Source of the DNA: Planctomycetota bacterium
GTDB lineage: Bacteria > Planctomycetota > UBA1135 > UBA2386
DNA length: 64,000 nt
Direction of reading: 5' to 3'
NCBI GenBank assembly: GCA_965223545.1
Contig: OZ245006.1
Span: 3,552,001-3,616,000, forward strand
Shown here: one piece after another, positions 19,614 through 29,642 of the stretch
Layout: every line of letters starts with the position of its first letter
Numbering within the stretch: position 1 is the first letter of the stretch
Translations under genes and position numbers: made by a program
Notes under the pieces: generated by a model
Database searches by the model: none
What the model was told of the DNA's origin: nothing
The model's input: only the letters and a program-made list of their open reading frames with translations

Positions 19614-21365
19614 CTACTGCACCTGCGCTCGCGTGGCGACGATCACGCCGGTCGAGCCGGCTTCGAGCTGCGAGACGCCTCCGCCACCGAGCACACCGTC
19701 GCGCAGCCAGTGGCAAACCAGTCCCCAAGTCGCGTCGTCCTGCGGCAGACCGACGAACCGAAAGTGACCGTCCGCGTCGCTGTGCGTGCACACCGTAGTC
19801 GTGGTGAGGCTCGGCGAGGGGGGCAACGCCGCCGCCTGGCCGCCGGCCCGGTGCAGCGCGACCCAAGCACCCGCCACCGGATGTCCGCGGGCATCCAGCA
19901 CGACCCCCTCGATGGCGGCCCCCTCGACCAGGCGCAGTCTCTGGTGCCGGGCAGCGTCGGCGGCCGCAACTGCGCGGCTGGTGACGCCGTGACCACCTGC
20001 GTCGACCGCGACGACCAGATCGCCGGCGGGCACCGCACCGAACTCGAAGCGTCCACCGCGATCGGTATACGTCACGTACGGCGGCTCCACCTCCGTCGCG
20101 GCCGCGCGCCACAGCACCACGCGCGCCTGTGGCAGCGGTACGCGCGCGGCGCTCTCGACCACACCGCGCAAGGTGCGGCGCGGCCCGACGCGCACCTCAC
20201 CGAAGTCGGCGTCGCCGTCGACCAGACCGGCATCGACCGGCAGCAGTCTGCCCTCGACTTCGACGAAACCGAGCAGCACTCCCTCGGGCAGACCGCGGAG
20301 CGCGACCTCGCCGTCGGCATCGGTGCGCGCAGCCCATTCGAACGGCACGGTGTCGGTGGGCGACGAGGCCAGGTAGCGACAACCCGCCAACGGCTGACCT
20401 GCCGCATCGACCAGGCGCATCGATCGTTCGAAGCCCGCCACCAACCGCACATCCCACGGCATCGCTTCCGCCCGCGGAATGCGCACGATCGCCGGCGCAT
20501 GGCCGGCGGCTCTCACATGCAGTGTGACGGAGCCGAAGGTCATCAGTGAGAAGCGCCCGTCGGCATCGCTGACGACGGTGCGATCTCGATGAGCGCTCTC
20601 GGAGATCCGTGCCCCTGCACACGGATCACCCCGAGCATCGAGCACGCGCCCGTGGACCTCGCGCCCGCGCTGCAGGTGCGCGGCCAGGTCGCCCACGCTC
20701 GCGATCGGCCGCAGCGGCCGGCGCAACGACATCGCCCCACCGCCGTGTTCGGCCCACAGCACAGCGAAGACCTCCCAACGCGGGGCGCGCAGATAGCCGC
20801 GCTCGAACGGCAGCGAGAAACGACCGTCGGAATCGGTGCGTCCTGCGGCGCGCTGCTCCGGGTACGCCAGGCACGCCATGCGCTGGAAGCTGGCCGCCTC
20901 CGGCCGCAGCGCGATCTCGACGCCGGGCACGGCCGCCCCACCGAGACCGTGGAGGGTGCCCGCGACGCGGCATTCCGGTTCGAGCACGAGATCGCACGCA
21001 TCGCCCGCCATCACCGGAAACCGCACGGCACTGCGAGTTCCGGCGGCAGCGGCAGCGATGGCAAATGGGCCGCGGTGCGGCGGCGAGAACGAAAACCGGC
21101 CGTCGTCACCCGCGATGACGACTGCCCCGTCCTGTCCACCACCTGCGTCCACCGTCGCCCCGGTCAACCCCGGTAGGCCGATCGGCGTGCGCCAGCGCAC
21201 GCCGACCTCGGCCGCCGCGGGGTCACCGTCAGCGGAGAACACACGCCCCATGACGGTCTCGAATTGAGCCGACGCCGGCGCACCGAACACCACGACCGCG
21301 AAGACTGTGGCGAACCGCCACATCCACCGTCTCGCCCACGGGACCGCTGCCGCGCATTTCAACAT
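19614..21365 (-). CDS. Secreted carboxypeptidase-regulatory-like (beta-sandwich) repeat protein
   Basis: Repeats of GRVLDARG.P.AGA...TD.DGRF; signal peptide (ASA-Q). Start uncertain. Confidence 0.8.
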   Translation of the reverse strand: MLKCAAAVPWARRWMWRFATVFAVVVFGAPASAQFETVMGRVFSADGDPAAAEVGVRWRTPIGLPGLTGATVDAGGGQDGAVVIAGDDGRFSFSPPHRGPFAIAAAAAGTRSAVRFPVMAGDACDLVLEPECRVAGTLHGLGGAAVPGVEIALRPEAASFQRMACLAYPEQRAAGRTDSDGRFSLPFERGYLRAPRWEVFAVLWAEHGGGAMSLRRPLRPIASVGDLAAHLQRGREVHGRVLDARGDPCAGARISESAHRDRTVVSDADGRFSLMTFGSVTLHVRAAGHAPAIVRIPRAEAMPWDVRLVAGFERSMRLVDAAGQPLAGCRYLASSPTDTVPFEWAARTDADGEVALRGLPEGVLLGFVEVEGRLLPVDAGLVDGDADFGEVRVGPRRTLRGVVESAARVPLPQARVVLWRAAATEVEPPYVTYTDRGGRFEFGAVPAGDLVVAVDAGGHGVTSRAVAAADAARHQRLRLVEGAAIEGVVLDARGHPVAGAWVALHRAGGQAAALPPSPSLTTTTVCTHSDADGHFRFVGLPQDDATWGLVCHWLRDGVLGGGGVSQLEAGSTGVIVATRAQVQ

Positions 21366-21431
21366 CTGGGATACCTACGCGGCCCCGACACACCAGTGAG
21401 TGTGGCTGTTCTGAAATTGTTGAAAACGACT

Positions 21432-21458
21432 GAAATGTCCGCAGTTGTCGACCGATCA
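21432..21458 (+). promoter_or_regulatory. Possible sigma28-type promoter upstream of the riboswitch and fliA
   Basis: GAAA-N15-ACCGATCA versus consensus TAAA-N15-GCCGATAA. Confidence 0.3.
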
Positions 21459-21505
21459 TCCTCAAGCCAGGCATGGTCGCCTGGCGCCTGCTCTTTCCCG
21501 TCTTC

Positions 21506-21595
21506 GACGATAAAGGCAAACCCACCGGAAGGTGGGGACGCAAAGCCATTGGGCCTCAAGGCGGCGCAACACCGCCCAGGCAGCCGGTTCCCGAA
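21506..21595 (+). ncRNA. Cyclic di-GMP-I (GEMM) riboswitch
   Basis: AAAGGCAAACCCACC-GGAA-GGTGGGGACGCAAAGCCATTGGGCCTCAAGG...GGCAGCCGGTTCCCG: GNRA-capped P2 and the GACGCAAAGCC signature; lies in the fliA leader. Confidence 0.9.
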
Positions 21596-21721
21596 TTGAA
21601 GCGAGACGTAGCGACACGCTACCCGAACGAGCCTCTTCAGAAGGACGACGGAACGGCTGCCCCCTTGGCGGCGCCTCTTCACGCGGGTTTGCCACCCACC
21701 CCTTCACCTTCTGAACTCAAC

Positions 21722-22594
21722 ATGGCTCGTTCCGCTGCTGCTACTCTCCGCCCCAAGGCTGCCACCACGACCGCGCGCAAGGCCGGCCCCGCAGCCGACA
21801 AGACCACGCCCCCGCCAGCTCCCCGCCGCGGCGCGCCGGACGATCTCGAGCAGATCTGGAAGACCTACAAGTCGACCAAGGATCTGAACCTGCGCAACAT
21901 CCTCATCGAGAGGCACGTCGGCCTGGTTCGCACGATCGCCGAGCGCTTGCTGCAGACCCTGCCCAAGTCGATCGAGCTGGACGACCTGACCTCGGCCGGC
22001 ACCTTCGGCTTGATGGACGCGATCGACGGCTTCGACCTGGCGCGCGGCATCAAGTTCAAGACCTACTGCACGACGCGCATCCGCGGCTCGATCCTCGACG
22101 AGCTGCGCTCGCAGGACTGGGTGCCGCGCCTCGTGCGCCTCAAGGCACACCGCCTGGAGAAGGCGATGCGCAAGCTCGAGGGCGAGCTGGGCCGCGATCC
22201 CAACGAGTTCGAGCTGGCCGAGGCGATGGGCATGACGATCGCCGAGCTGCAGGCGACCGAGACCGAAGCCAACGCGAAGACCATCTTCTCGCTGTCGGAG
22301 AAGTGGGACGATGGCGACGACGACAAGGAGATGGAGAAGGTCGAGATCCTGGCGGACAAGAAGGGCCCGGACCCGGTCCACTCGATCCACCAGAAGGACC
22401 TGCTCGAGGTGATCACCCGCAACCTCACCAAGAAGGAGCGGTTGATCATCATCATGTATTACTACGAAGGTCTGACCATGCGCGAGATCGGCGAGATCAT
22501 GCAGCTCACCGAGTCGCGCGTCTGCCAGATCCACAGCAACGTCATGGCGCGCCTCAAGGCGCAGCTCGACCAGGTCCACCTGCAGGCGAGCTGA
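21722..22594 (+). CDS. fliA: RNA polymerase sigma-28 factor (FliA/WhiG)
   Basis: DDLTSAGTFGLMDAI, RIRGSILDELRSQDWVPR, LTMREIGEIMQLTESRVCQIH. Confidence 0.96.
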   Translation: MARSAAATLRPKAATTTARKAGPAADKTTPPPAPRRGAPDDLEQIWKTYKSTKDLNLRNILIERHVGLVRTIAERLLQTLPKSIELDDLTSAGTFGLMDAIDGFDLARGIKFKTYCTTRIRGSILDELRSQDWVPRLVRLKAHRLEKAMRKLEGELGRDPNEFELAEAMGMTIAELQATETEANAKTIFSLSEKWDDGDDDKEMEKVEILADKKGPDPVHSIHQKDLLEVITRNLTKKERLIIIMYYYEGLTMREIGEIMQLTESRVCQIHSNVMARLKAQLDQVHLQAS

Positions 22595-22742
22595 AGCCAG
22601 CGCACGGCACGCGACCGCGGCGCCAGGCCGGGTCCGGCCGACTGTCGCCTTCTGCAACACTCCGCGGCGAGCGTCGACGTCCAGCTGCGGGCCCCGTCGT
22701 GCCGAAAGAAACCGAGTGTCCGGGGACCGAGAACCCACGAGC

Positions 22743-23252
22743 ATGACGGCCGCACGCACCGCCGACGAGATGACTGCCGAGCTTGGCTCGTTCGTAGTCA
22801 CCGACAGCGCCAGCACAGTGCTGCGGTCCGCTCCGATCGGCGCTTCGGTGGTCGTCCTGCTGCACGACCCGGTCGGCCAGCGGGCGGCGATGCTGCACTA
22901 CCTGTTGCCGAACAGCCGGCCGCGGCCGGCGCGCGCGGCGCGCCAACTGGCGCTGTTCGGCGACGAGGGACTGGCCATGCTGCTGGCGCACATCGAAACG
23001 CGGCTGCGCAACCCGCTCGCCGCCAGCGTACACGTGATCGGTGGCGCGGACATGGAAACCAGCCACGACACGGCCTACTGCCCGATGACGTTGGGCAGTC
23101 GCAATCTCGCCATCGCGCGCACCACCTTGGACGCGGCGGGCATCGAGTACGACGACGCGCACACCGGAGGACGTTGCCACCGCGTGGTGACGTTCGACGT
23201 GGCGACGGGCGAGCTCTCGGTCGACGCGTTGCCGGTGGAGGAGGCGCCGTGA
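22743..23252 (+). CDS. cheD: CheD-like protein lacking the catalytic Cys
   Basis: LLHDP..AAMLHYLLP, VIGGADM, LGSRN, TGG..RVVTFDVATGEL; the LGSC motif reads IGAS. Confidence 0.8.
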   Translation: MTAARTADEMTAELGSFVVTDSASTVLRSAPIGASVVVLLHDPVGQRAAMLHYLLPNSRPRPARAARQLALFGDEGLAMLLAHIETRLRNPLAASVHVIGGADMETSHDTAYCPMTLGSRNLAIARTTLDAAGIEYDDAHTGGRCHRVVTFDVATGELSVDALPVEEAP

Positions 23253-24130
23253 ACAGCGCGACCGACTTGCGCCGCGACGTCGAACGGCTCCAAGCCCTGC
23301 CCAGCCACACTCGCCGGCTGATGCGCATTCTCGCCCAGCCTGGGCACTCGACCGACAGCCTGCTCGAGGAGATCCGCAGCCAACCGCGGCTGGGCAAGCG
23401 CATGCTCGAGCTCAGCAACTCCGCGGTGTGGGACATTCCGCGCGCGATCACCGACCTGTCGGAGACGGTCGCCTACCTCGGCGTCTCCAACTTGGTGCGC
23501 ATGGTCGTCTGCGACAGCCTGTTGCCGTTCTTCACGCGGCGCGGGTCGGGACACCAGGCCGCGTTCGCCGACGCCTACCGCCACAGCCTCGCCTGTGGAA
23601 TCGCGACCCAGGAGCTGGCGCTGGCCACCAACTCGGCCGACTCGCGGACGGCGTTCGCCACGGGCGCGCTGCACAACATCGGCCGGCTCGTGCTGATTCC
23701 CAAGGTGGCGACGCGCCGCGACGATCTGCGCATCGCAGCCGCCGACGGCAAGTCGATCGTCGAAATCGAACGCGCCGCACTCGGCATCGATCATGCCGCC
23801 GCCGGCGCCCTGATCGCCGACCGTTGGGAGCTGCCGGACAACCTGCGGCGCACGATCCGCATGCACCACCAGCCAGAGCTGATCGCCGACGACGACGAGC
23901 TCACGCCGATGGTGTACATCGCCGACATTCTGCTGGCGCAGATGGGCATCTCGGCCGGGGTGCGCGGCATGCTCGGCGCGATCCACCCCGCGATCACCGA
24001 GCGGCTGCACCTGCGCGCCGAGGACTACGATCGCATCCGCGCCGCGGTGCATCGCGACCTACCCAACCTGCTCGCACTCATCGGTCTCGCCGAGCTGCCA
24101 GATCCGCGGCCTCGGTACGCGTATCCGTGA
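23249..24130 (+). CDS. HDOD domain protein
   Basis: LPS...LELSNSA, HSLACG, GALHNIGRL, ERAALGIDHA..GALIADRWELP..IRMHHQP. Confidence 0.92.
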   Translation: MNSATDLRRDVERLQALPSHTRRLMRILAQPGHSTDSLLEEIRSQPRLGKRMLELSNSAVWDIPRAITDLSETVAYLGVSNLVRMVVCDSLLPFFTRRGSGHQAAFADAYRHSLACGIATQELALATNSADSRTAFATGALHNIGRLVLIPKVATRRDDLRIAAADGKSIVEIERAALGIDHAAAGALIADRWELPDNLRRTIRMHHQPELIADDDELTPMVYIADILLAQMGISAGVRGMLGAIHPAITERLHLRAEDYDRIRAAVHRDLPNLLALIGLAELPDPRPRYAYP

Positions 24131-25116
24131 AGACCGCAGCCGACGCACGCGGAGGCATCCTCGAGCAGCTGGCGGAGTCCATCATCTCCGCCACCACGGG
24201 CGCCCTGGCGCGGCTGTCCGGTCAGAGCTTGCGCACGCGGGTCGGCACCCCCCAGGTGATCGAAGGCCGCGCCCTCCTCGAGGCGATGCAGCAGCCATTG
24301 GCGGTGATCCGCGCCGTCCTCGACGGCATGCCGACCGCGCAAGGCCGCCAGCAGGCGGTGTGCGTCGTGATGCCGGCCAAGGACGCCGCGACCCTCGTCG
24401 GCTTCATGATGATGAAGCCGGAGAACCTGATCGAGCAACAGCGCAACCGCGGCGAGATCGACCCGCAAACCAAGCACCTGCTGCAAGAGATCGCCAACGT
24501 CGCCTGCTCGGCCGTCGTCGGCCGGCTGCGCAGCGCCCTGGGCATTCGCATCAAGGTCGGCTCCCAGGACCACGGCATCCTCGAGCCGGGCGCGACGCCG
24601 GACGACTTGATCGACGAGGGAGAGTACGGGGCGGTGCCGTTCTCGGTCGCTATCGGCGAACACTCCAAGACCGAGTGGCGGCTGCTGCTCGAGCGCGACG
24701 CCGCCGAGTCGTGGCACGGCGACGCGCTGCCGGTGATCGACGAAGCGCACGCGCATGGCCGCGTCGACGCCTACCTGGAAGACGACCGGCTCGCCGCCGA
24801 CCTGCAGAAGGTCTGCGGACAGCTGGACGTCGAGGTGATCGCGCACCCGGCGACCGACATCCCCAACCCCGCCGCGCACAGCGGCGGCCTCGTGGTCATC
24901 GACGTGCCGCTCGACGACCCGCGCCGGTTCGAGTGGTGCCGGCGACTCAAGGCCTTCGATTCGGAGACGCGGGTCCTGCTGGTGGTGCACCACCCGACCC
25001 GCGAACGGATCTTGCGCGCGTTCATCACGACCGCCGACGCGATCCTCGGCACCCCGCTGGAAAGCGAGCTGCTGGCGGCCAAAGTCGGGGCGCTGGTCGC
25101 GCTGAAGGGCGGCTGA
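24127..25116 (+). CDS. CheC/CheX-like phosphatase fused to a degenerate receiver domain
   Basis: LQEIANV (ExxN motif); C-terminal LVVID...RRLK...ADAILGTPL; GTGA overlap. Confidence 0.7.
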   Translation: MKTAADARGGILEQLAESIISATTGALARLSGQSLRTRVGTPQVIEGRALLEAMQQPLAVIRAVLDGMPTAQGRQQAVCVVMPAKDAATLVGFMMMKPENLIEQQRNRGEIDPQTKHLLQEIANVACSAVVGRLRSALGIRIKVGSQDHGILEPGATPDDLIDEGEYGAVPFSVAIGEHSKTEWRLLLERDAAESWHGDALPVIDEAHAHGRVDAYLEDDRLAADLQKVCGQLDVEVIAHPATDIPNPAAHSGGLVVIDVPLDDPRRFEWCRRLKAFDSETRVLLVVHHPTRERILRAFITTADAILGTPLESELLAAKVGALVALKGG

Positions 25117-25158
25117 GACGCGGGACCGCGCTTGCGCGCGGCCGGCGTGGCGAGTCCG

Positions 25159-26079
25159 ATGGCCCCCCGGTCCGCCACCGCCGCCCTGCCCGTGAACCGC
25201 CTGCTGTCCGTTTGGTTGCCCGCCCTCCGCCCGCGCACGCTCCCCGCCGCGGTCGCTCCCGTGTTGATGGGAACCGGTCTGGCCGCGCGCGACGGGGCCT
25301 TCCATGCGTGGGCGGCGGCTGGCGCCCTGCTCGGCGCGCTGCTGCTGCAGATCGGCACCAACTTCGCCAACGACTACTACGACTTCGTCAAGGGCGCCGA
25401 CGGCGACGACCGCCTCGGCCCCGCGCGCGCGACCCAGTCGGGCTGGGTCCGCCCCGAGGACATGCGGCGGGCGTTCTTGTGGGTCTTCGCCCTGGCCGCG
25501 CTGGTCGGCGCCGGCCTCATCGCGCGCGGTGGGTGGCCGATCGCGGTGATCGGCATCGCTTCGCTGGCGTGCGGCTATCTGTACACCGGCGGCCCGCGGC
25601 CGCTGGGTTACCTGGGTCTCGGCGATCTCATGGTGCTGGTGTTCTTCGGCCCGGTCGCGGTCGCGGGCACGCACTACGTACAGACTCTGCTCTGGAGCCC
25701 GACCGCGGCCGTCATCGGTCTCGGACCCGGTTTGCTGGCGACGGCCCTGCTGGCCGTCAACAACCTGCGGGATACCGAGTCCGACGCGCGCGCCGGCAAG
25801 CGCACGCTCGCGGTGCGGTTCGGTCGCGAGTTCGCCAAGCGAGAGTTCGCCACCGCGTTGCTCGGCGCGGCGGCAGTCCCGGTCGTGGCGTGGCTCGCGC
25901 TGCGCGGTCCCGCCGCGGGCTTGTCGGCGACCGCCGCGTGTCTGCTGGCGATTCCCGCCCTGCGTCGCGTGCGGCGCGCGGCGCCCGGCGACCGCTTGCT
26001 GGAGCCGCTGGCATCGACTGGCCGCGTGCTCGGGCTCTACGGCGTGCTGTTCACGGCCGCCTGCCTACTGGCGCGCTGA
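25159..26079 (+). CDS. menA: 1,4-dihydroxy-2-naphthoate octaprenyltransferase
   Basis: RPRTLPAA, QIGTNFANDYYDFVKGAD, YTGGP, VNNLRD..SDARAGKRTLAVR. Confidence 0.95.
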   Translation: MAPRSATAALPVNRLLSVWLPALRPRTLPAAVAPVLMGTGLAARDGAFHAWAAAGALLGALLLQIGTNFANDYYDFVKGADGDDRLGPARATQSGWVRPEDMRRAFLWVFALAALVGAGLIARGGWPIAVIGIASLACGYLYTGGPRPLGYLGLGDLMVLVFFGPVAVAGTHYVQTLLWSPTAAVIGLGPGLLATALLAVNNLRDTESDARAGKRTLAVRFGREFAKREFATALLGAAAVPVVAWLALRGPAAGLSATAACLLAIPALRRVRRAAPGDRLLEPLASTGRVLGLYGVLFTAACLLAR

Positions 26080-26086
26080 CTTCGAC

Positions 26087-27355
26087 TCACTCGTGGCGCA
26101 GGGCCTGGATCGGGTTCATCTGCGCCGCCCGCCACGCGGGATACAAGCCGAACACGACGCCGGTCGAGCACGAAATCGCCAGTGACAGCGCTACCGCCCA
26201 CGCGGTGATCACCGGCGGCCATCCGGTAAACGTCTCGCCGACGAACGACATCGCCACGCCGAAGATCACTCCGAGCGCCCCGCCGATCGCGGCGAGGGTC
26301 ACGGTCTCGATCAAGAACTGCGTCGTGATGTCGCCTTGCGTCGCGCCGATGGCGCGCCGGATGCCGATCTCGCGCGTCCGCTCGGTGACACTGGCCAGCA
26401 TGATGTTGAGGATGCCGATGCCACCGACGAACAGCGAGATGCTGGCGATGATCAACAAGCCGATGTCGAACATCCGCTGTGCGCTCTGGCGCGAGGCCAA
26501 CAGCTCGAGCGGCACGGTCATGTCGTAGTCGCGCTTGGCGTGGTTCTTGACCAAGACCGCCTGCACGCACTTGGCGGCTTCCAGCACGTCGTTGGCGTCG
26601 GCCGCCTCGCACACCATCTGGTGCAGCTCGACGCGGCGGTTGGTGTAGCTCGACCCGGTGTACTCGATCTCTTGGAAGCCCAGCCGGTCCACCACCGTGT
26701 CGAACGGCGCGTAGACCTCGTAGCGGCGGTCGTCCACCCCCAGCGCGGTCTGCGCCATGCCGCGGAACTCGTAGTCCGGCAACACCCCGACGATGCGGTA
26801 GACGTCGCCGCCGACCTTGAGATCGAGCGTCAACGGATCGCCGGCAAATCCCAGCTCGCGCAACAGCCGCGCGCGCACGACACACACGCGCTTGCGCTCG
26901 GACTCGTCGCTCGGCGTCAGCGCCCGGCCGAACACCGGCCGCAAGTTCAGGTTGTCCAGATACTCGGGTTTGACGCCGCGCAGCGCGCCCGCGAGTCGCT
27001 TGCTGCGGAACCAGATCCAGCTCTTGCGCTCGTGGACCGGCAACACACGCGACACCAGTGGCACTGTTTCGCGGATCTGCTGGACGTCGTCGAAGGTCAG
27101 GCCGTAGCGCAGGATCGACGACTCTTCGGCGTTCGCCTTCTCCTCGGCCGGCGGCTCGACGGCGTTGACGATGATGTTGCGAATGCCCATCTCGCCGATC
27201 TCTTCCAGGATCTGGCGCCGGGCGCCCTCGCCCAGCGAGACCATCGCCATCACCGAGCCGATGCCGAACACGATGCCCATCGCGGTGAGGATCGAGCGGA
27301 GCTTGTGCCGGCCCAAGCTGCGCAGCGCCTCACCGAACATCTCCAGCTGGATCAC
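26087..27355 (-). CDS. ABC transporter permease (MacB/FtsX family)
   Basis: HKLRSILT.MGIVFGI, VGGIGILNIMLASVTERTREIGIRRAIGA, GLYPAWRAAQMNPIQALRHE. Confidence 0.95.
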   Translation of the reverse strand: MIQLEMFGEALRSLGRHKLRSILTAMGIVFGIGSVMAMVSLGEGARRQILEEIGEMGIRNIIVNAVEPPAEEKANAEESSILRYGLTFDDVQQIRETVPLVSRVLPVHERKSWIWFRSKRLAGALRGVKPEYLDNLNLRPVFGRALTPSDESERKRVCVVRARLLRELGFAGDPLTLDLKVGGDVYRIVGVLPDYEFRGMAQTALGVDDRRYEVYAPFDTVVDRLGFQEIEYTGSSYTNRRVELHQMVCEAADANDVLEAAKCVQAVLVKNHAKRDYDMTVPLELLASRQSAQRMFDIGLLIIASISLFVGGIGILNIMLASVTERTREIGIRRAIGATQGDITTQFLIETVTLAAIGGALGVIFGVAMSFVGETFTGWPPVITAWAVALSLAISCSTGVVFGLYPAWRAAQMNPIQALRHE

Positions 27356-28083
27356 GGGCGCTCCCCGGCGGCGACGGGCTGGCGCTCGTCGATCTCGATC
27401 AGACCATCGCGAATGCCCACTCTGCGCGGCGCCGCCTCGGCGATCTCTCGGTCGTGCGTGATCATCACAATCGTCGCGCCCTGGTCGTGCAGCTCGCCGA
27501 ACAGCTCGAGGATCTGGGCTGAGGTCGAGGTGTCGAGGTTGCCGGTCGGCTCGTCGGCCAGCAGCATGGCCGGGTCGTTGACCAGCGCGCGTGCAATGGC
27601 GACGCGCTGGCACTCGCCACCGGAGAGCTGGTTGGGAAGGTGGGTCAGCCGGTGGGAAAGACCGACGCGCTCGATCATCGCCTCGCAGCGAGTGTGCCGC
27701 TCTCGCCGGGGCCGCCGCGCGTAGAACATCGGCAGCTCCACGTTCTCGCGGACGGTCAAATGGGGCACCAGCTGAAATGACTGGAACACGAAGCCGATGC
27801 GCGTGTTGCGAATCCGCGACAGCTCGCGGTCATCGACCGCAGCAATGTCGCTGCCTTCGAACCGGTACACTCCGGTGCTCGGGCGGTCGAGACAACCGAG
27901 AATGTTGAGCAACGTCGACTTGCCGGAACCCGACGGCCCGACCACGGTGACGTAGTCCCGCCGGCGCACGACCAAGTCGATGCCGCGCAGCACCGGCACC
28001 GGGTTGGCCGACGTGCCGTAGGTCTTGAACACCTCGTGCAGGGCCAGGACTTCGGCCGCCGCGTCCGGCGCGCCGGCCGTCAC
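27352..28083 (-). CDS. ABC transporter ATP-binding protein (MacB/LolD type)
   Basis: GPSGSGKST, LSGGECQRVAIARAL, LLADEPTGNLD. Confidence 0.96.
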   Translation of the reverse strand: MTAGAPDAAAEVLALHEVFKTYGTSANPVPVLRGIDLVVRRRDYVTVVGPSGSGKSTLLNILGCLDRPSTGVYRFEGSDIAAVDDRELSRIRNTRIGFVFQSFQLVPHLTVRENVELPMFYARRPRRERHTRCEAMIERVGLSHRLTHLPNQLSGGECQRVAIARALVNDPAMLLADEPTGNLDTSTSAQILELFGELHDQGATIVMITHDREIAEAAPRRVGIRDGLIEIDERQPVAAGERP

Positions 28084-29642
28084 GGACCGCCTTCCTGCGC
28101 GACCTCGACCTCGGCTGCGTCGTCGGCAGCGTTCTCGTCGGAGCCCGCCTCGGCGTCATCGCCGCTCTCTTCATGCTTGTCCCTGCTGTCCGGCGCCGCC
28201 AGCTTGGGATGGTACAGCAGCACCTTCTCGCCCGCCTCCAGCCCCTTGGAGACCTCGATGTACACATCGCTGCTGAGGCCGACCTCGACCGCGCGCCGCT
28301 CGACCTCGGAGCCGTTGGCGACGTGCACGAAGCGCTCACCGCCTTCCAAGAAGACACACTGCAGCGGTACGTAGACGACTTCTTCGAGGGTGTCGATCTG
28401 GATTTCGGCTTTGGCGCTGATGCCCGGCTTGAGCTCGTGCTCGTTGGGCACCGTGATCTCGACGTCAAACTTTTTGACGTTGCTGTTGCCGTACGGGTCG
28501 GAGCCGCCAGCGATCAGCGCCACCTTGGCCACTTCACCCTCGAGCACCAAGCCGGGATACGTGTCCATGGTGATCAGCGCGGTCAGCCCCTGCTTGACCT
28601 TGCTGATGTCCGCCTCGTGCACTTCGAGCTTGACCTGCATCACCGACAAAATCGGGATCGTCATCACCGTGTAGCCGCGGTACACCGAGCCGCCGATCTT
28701 GACTTCCTGGCGATACCACGGCTGCTTGGGGTCGCCGTAGACGACGATGCCGTCGGCCGGCGCCTTCAGCTCCATGCCGGCCAGGTCCTCCTTGGCCTGC
28801 TCGATGCGCTCTTCGAGCTGGCGCACGGCCTTCTCGGACTGCTGCACCCTGACCGTCTTCTCCGCGACCTCGGTCGTCGCGCGCTTCTCGGCGGTCTCCA
28901 GCGCCCGCCGTTGCTCCTCGACCGCGTTCTTCTTCTCCGCGGTGGTCATCGGCAGCGTGTACTTGTTGTGCAGCTTGATGCCGAGATCGGCCTCGTCCTT
29001 CTGCACCTCGGCCTTGCGGAACGCGATCTCGTGGTCCTCGAGCTCCGCTTGGTTGATGTACTTGAGCTCGATCAGCTTGCGCGAGTCCTCGAGCTTCTTC
29101 TTGGCCTTGTTGTACTGCGTCATCGCGTCGGCCAAGGCGATCTCCAGCTTGCGCATCTCCTGCGGCGCATCGCCCTGCTCGTAGCGTTCGAGCTCCTTCT
29201 CGGCCTTCGCCAGGGCGACTTTGGCGCCCTCGATCTTGGTGACGTTCTCGATCTTGGTAACTTCGAGCTGGGTCCGGTTGCCCTCGAGCTCGGTCTGCTT
29301 CGACAACAGCTGCATTTCGAGCTCTTCGAGCGCCTTCTCCGCATCCTTGGTGTCGAACTTGATGAGGACATCGTCCTTCTTGACGGCCTCGCCCTCAGGC
29401 ACCAGGAAAGTGATCTTGCCGGAGCCGCGGAACTCCGGCTTGATCTTCTCCGACTTCTGCGCGACCAGGTTGCCGGTCTCGGTCAGCGTCACGTTCAAGG
29501 TGCCCCGCCGAACGGTGTAGGTCGCCAGCTCGGCGTCGGCGTCCACCGGGGTGGCGAACACGGTGGCGTTGACGACCGCCCCCAGACCGGTCAATCCCGC
29601 AGCAATACCGACGACCAACAAGACAATCTTCTTCGCGCTCAT
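28080..29642 (-). CDS. Efflux periplasmic adaptor (MacA/HlyD family)
   Basis: N-terminal TM helix, long coiled coil, LKAPADGIV, LKPGISA, GLEAGEKV. Confidence 0.92.
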   Translation of the reverse strand: MSAKKIVLLVVGIAAGLTGLGAVVNATVFATPVDADAELATYTVRRGTLNVTLTETGNLVAQKSEKIKPEFRGSGKITFLVPEGEAVKKDDVLIKFDTKDAEKALEELEMQLLSKQTELEGNRTQLEVTKIENVTKIEGAKVALAKAEKELERYEQGDAPQEMRKLEIALADAMTQYNKAKKKLEDSRKLIELKYINQAELEDHEIAFRKAEVQKDEADLGIKLHNKYTLPMTTAEKKNAVEEQRRALETAEKRATTEVAEKTVRVQQSEKAVRQLEERIEQAKEDLAGMELKAPADGIVVYGDPKQPWYRQEVKIGGSVYRGYTVMTIPILSVMQVKLEVHEADISKVKQGLTALITMDTYPGLVLEGEVAKVALIAGGSDPYGNSNVKKFDVEITVPNEHELKPGISAKAEIQIDTLEEVVYVPLQCVFLEGGERFVHVANGSEVERRAVEVGLSSDVYIEVSKGLEAGEKVLLYHPKLAAPDSRDKHEESGDDAEAGSDENAADDAAEVEVAQEGGP

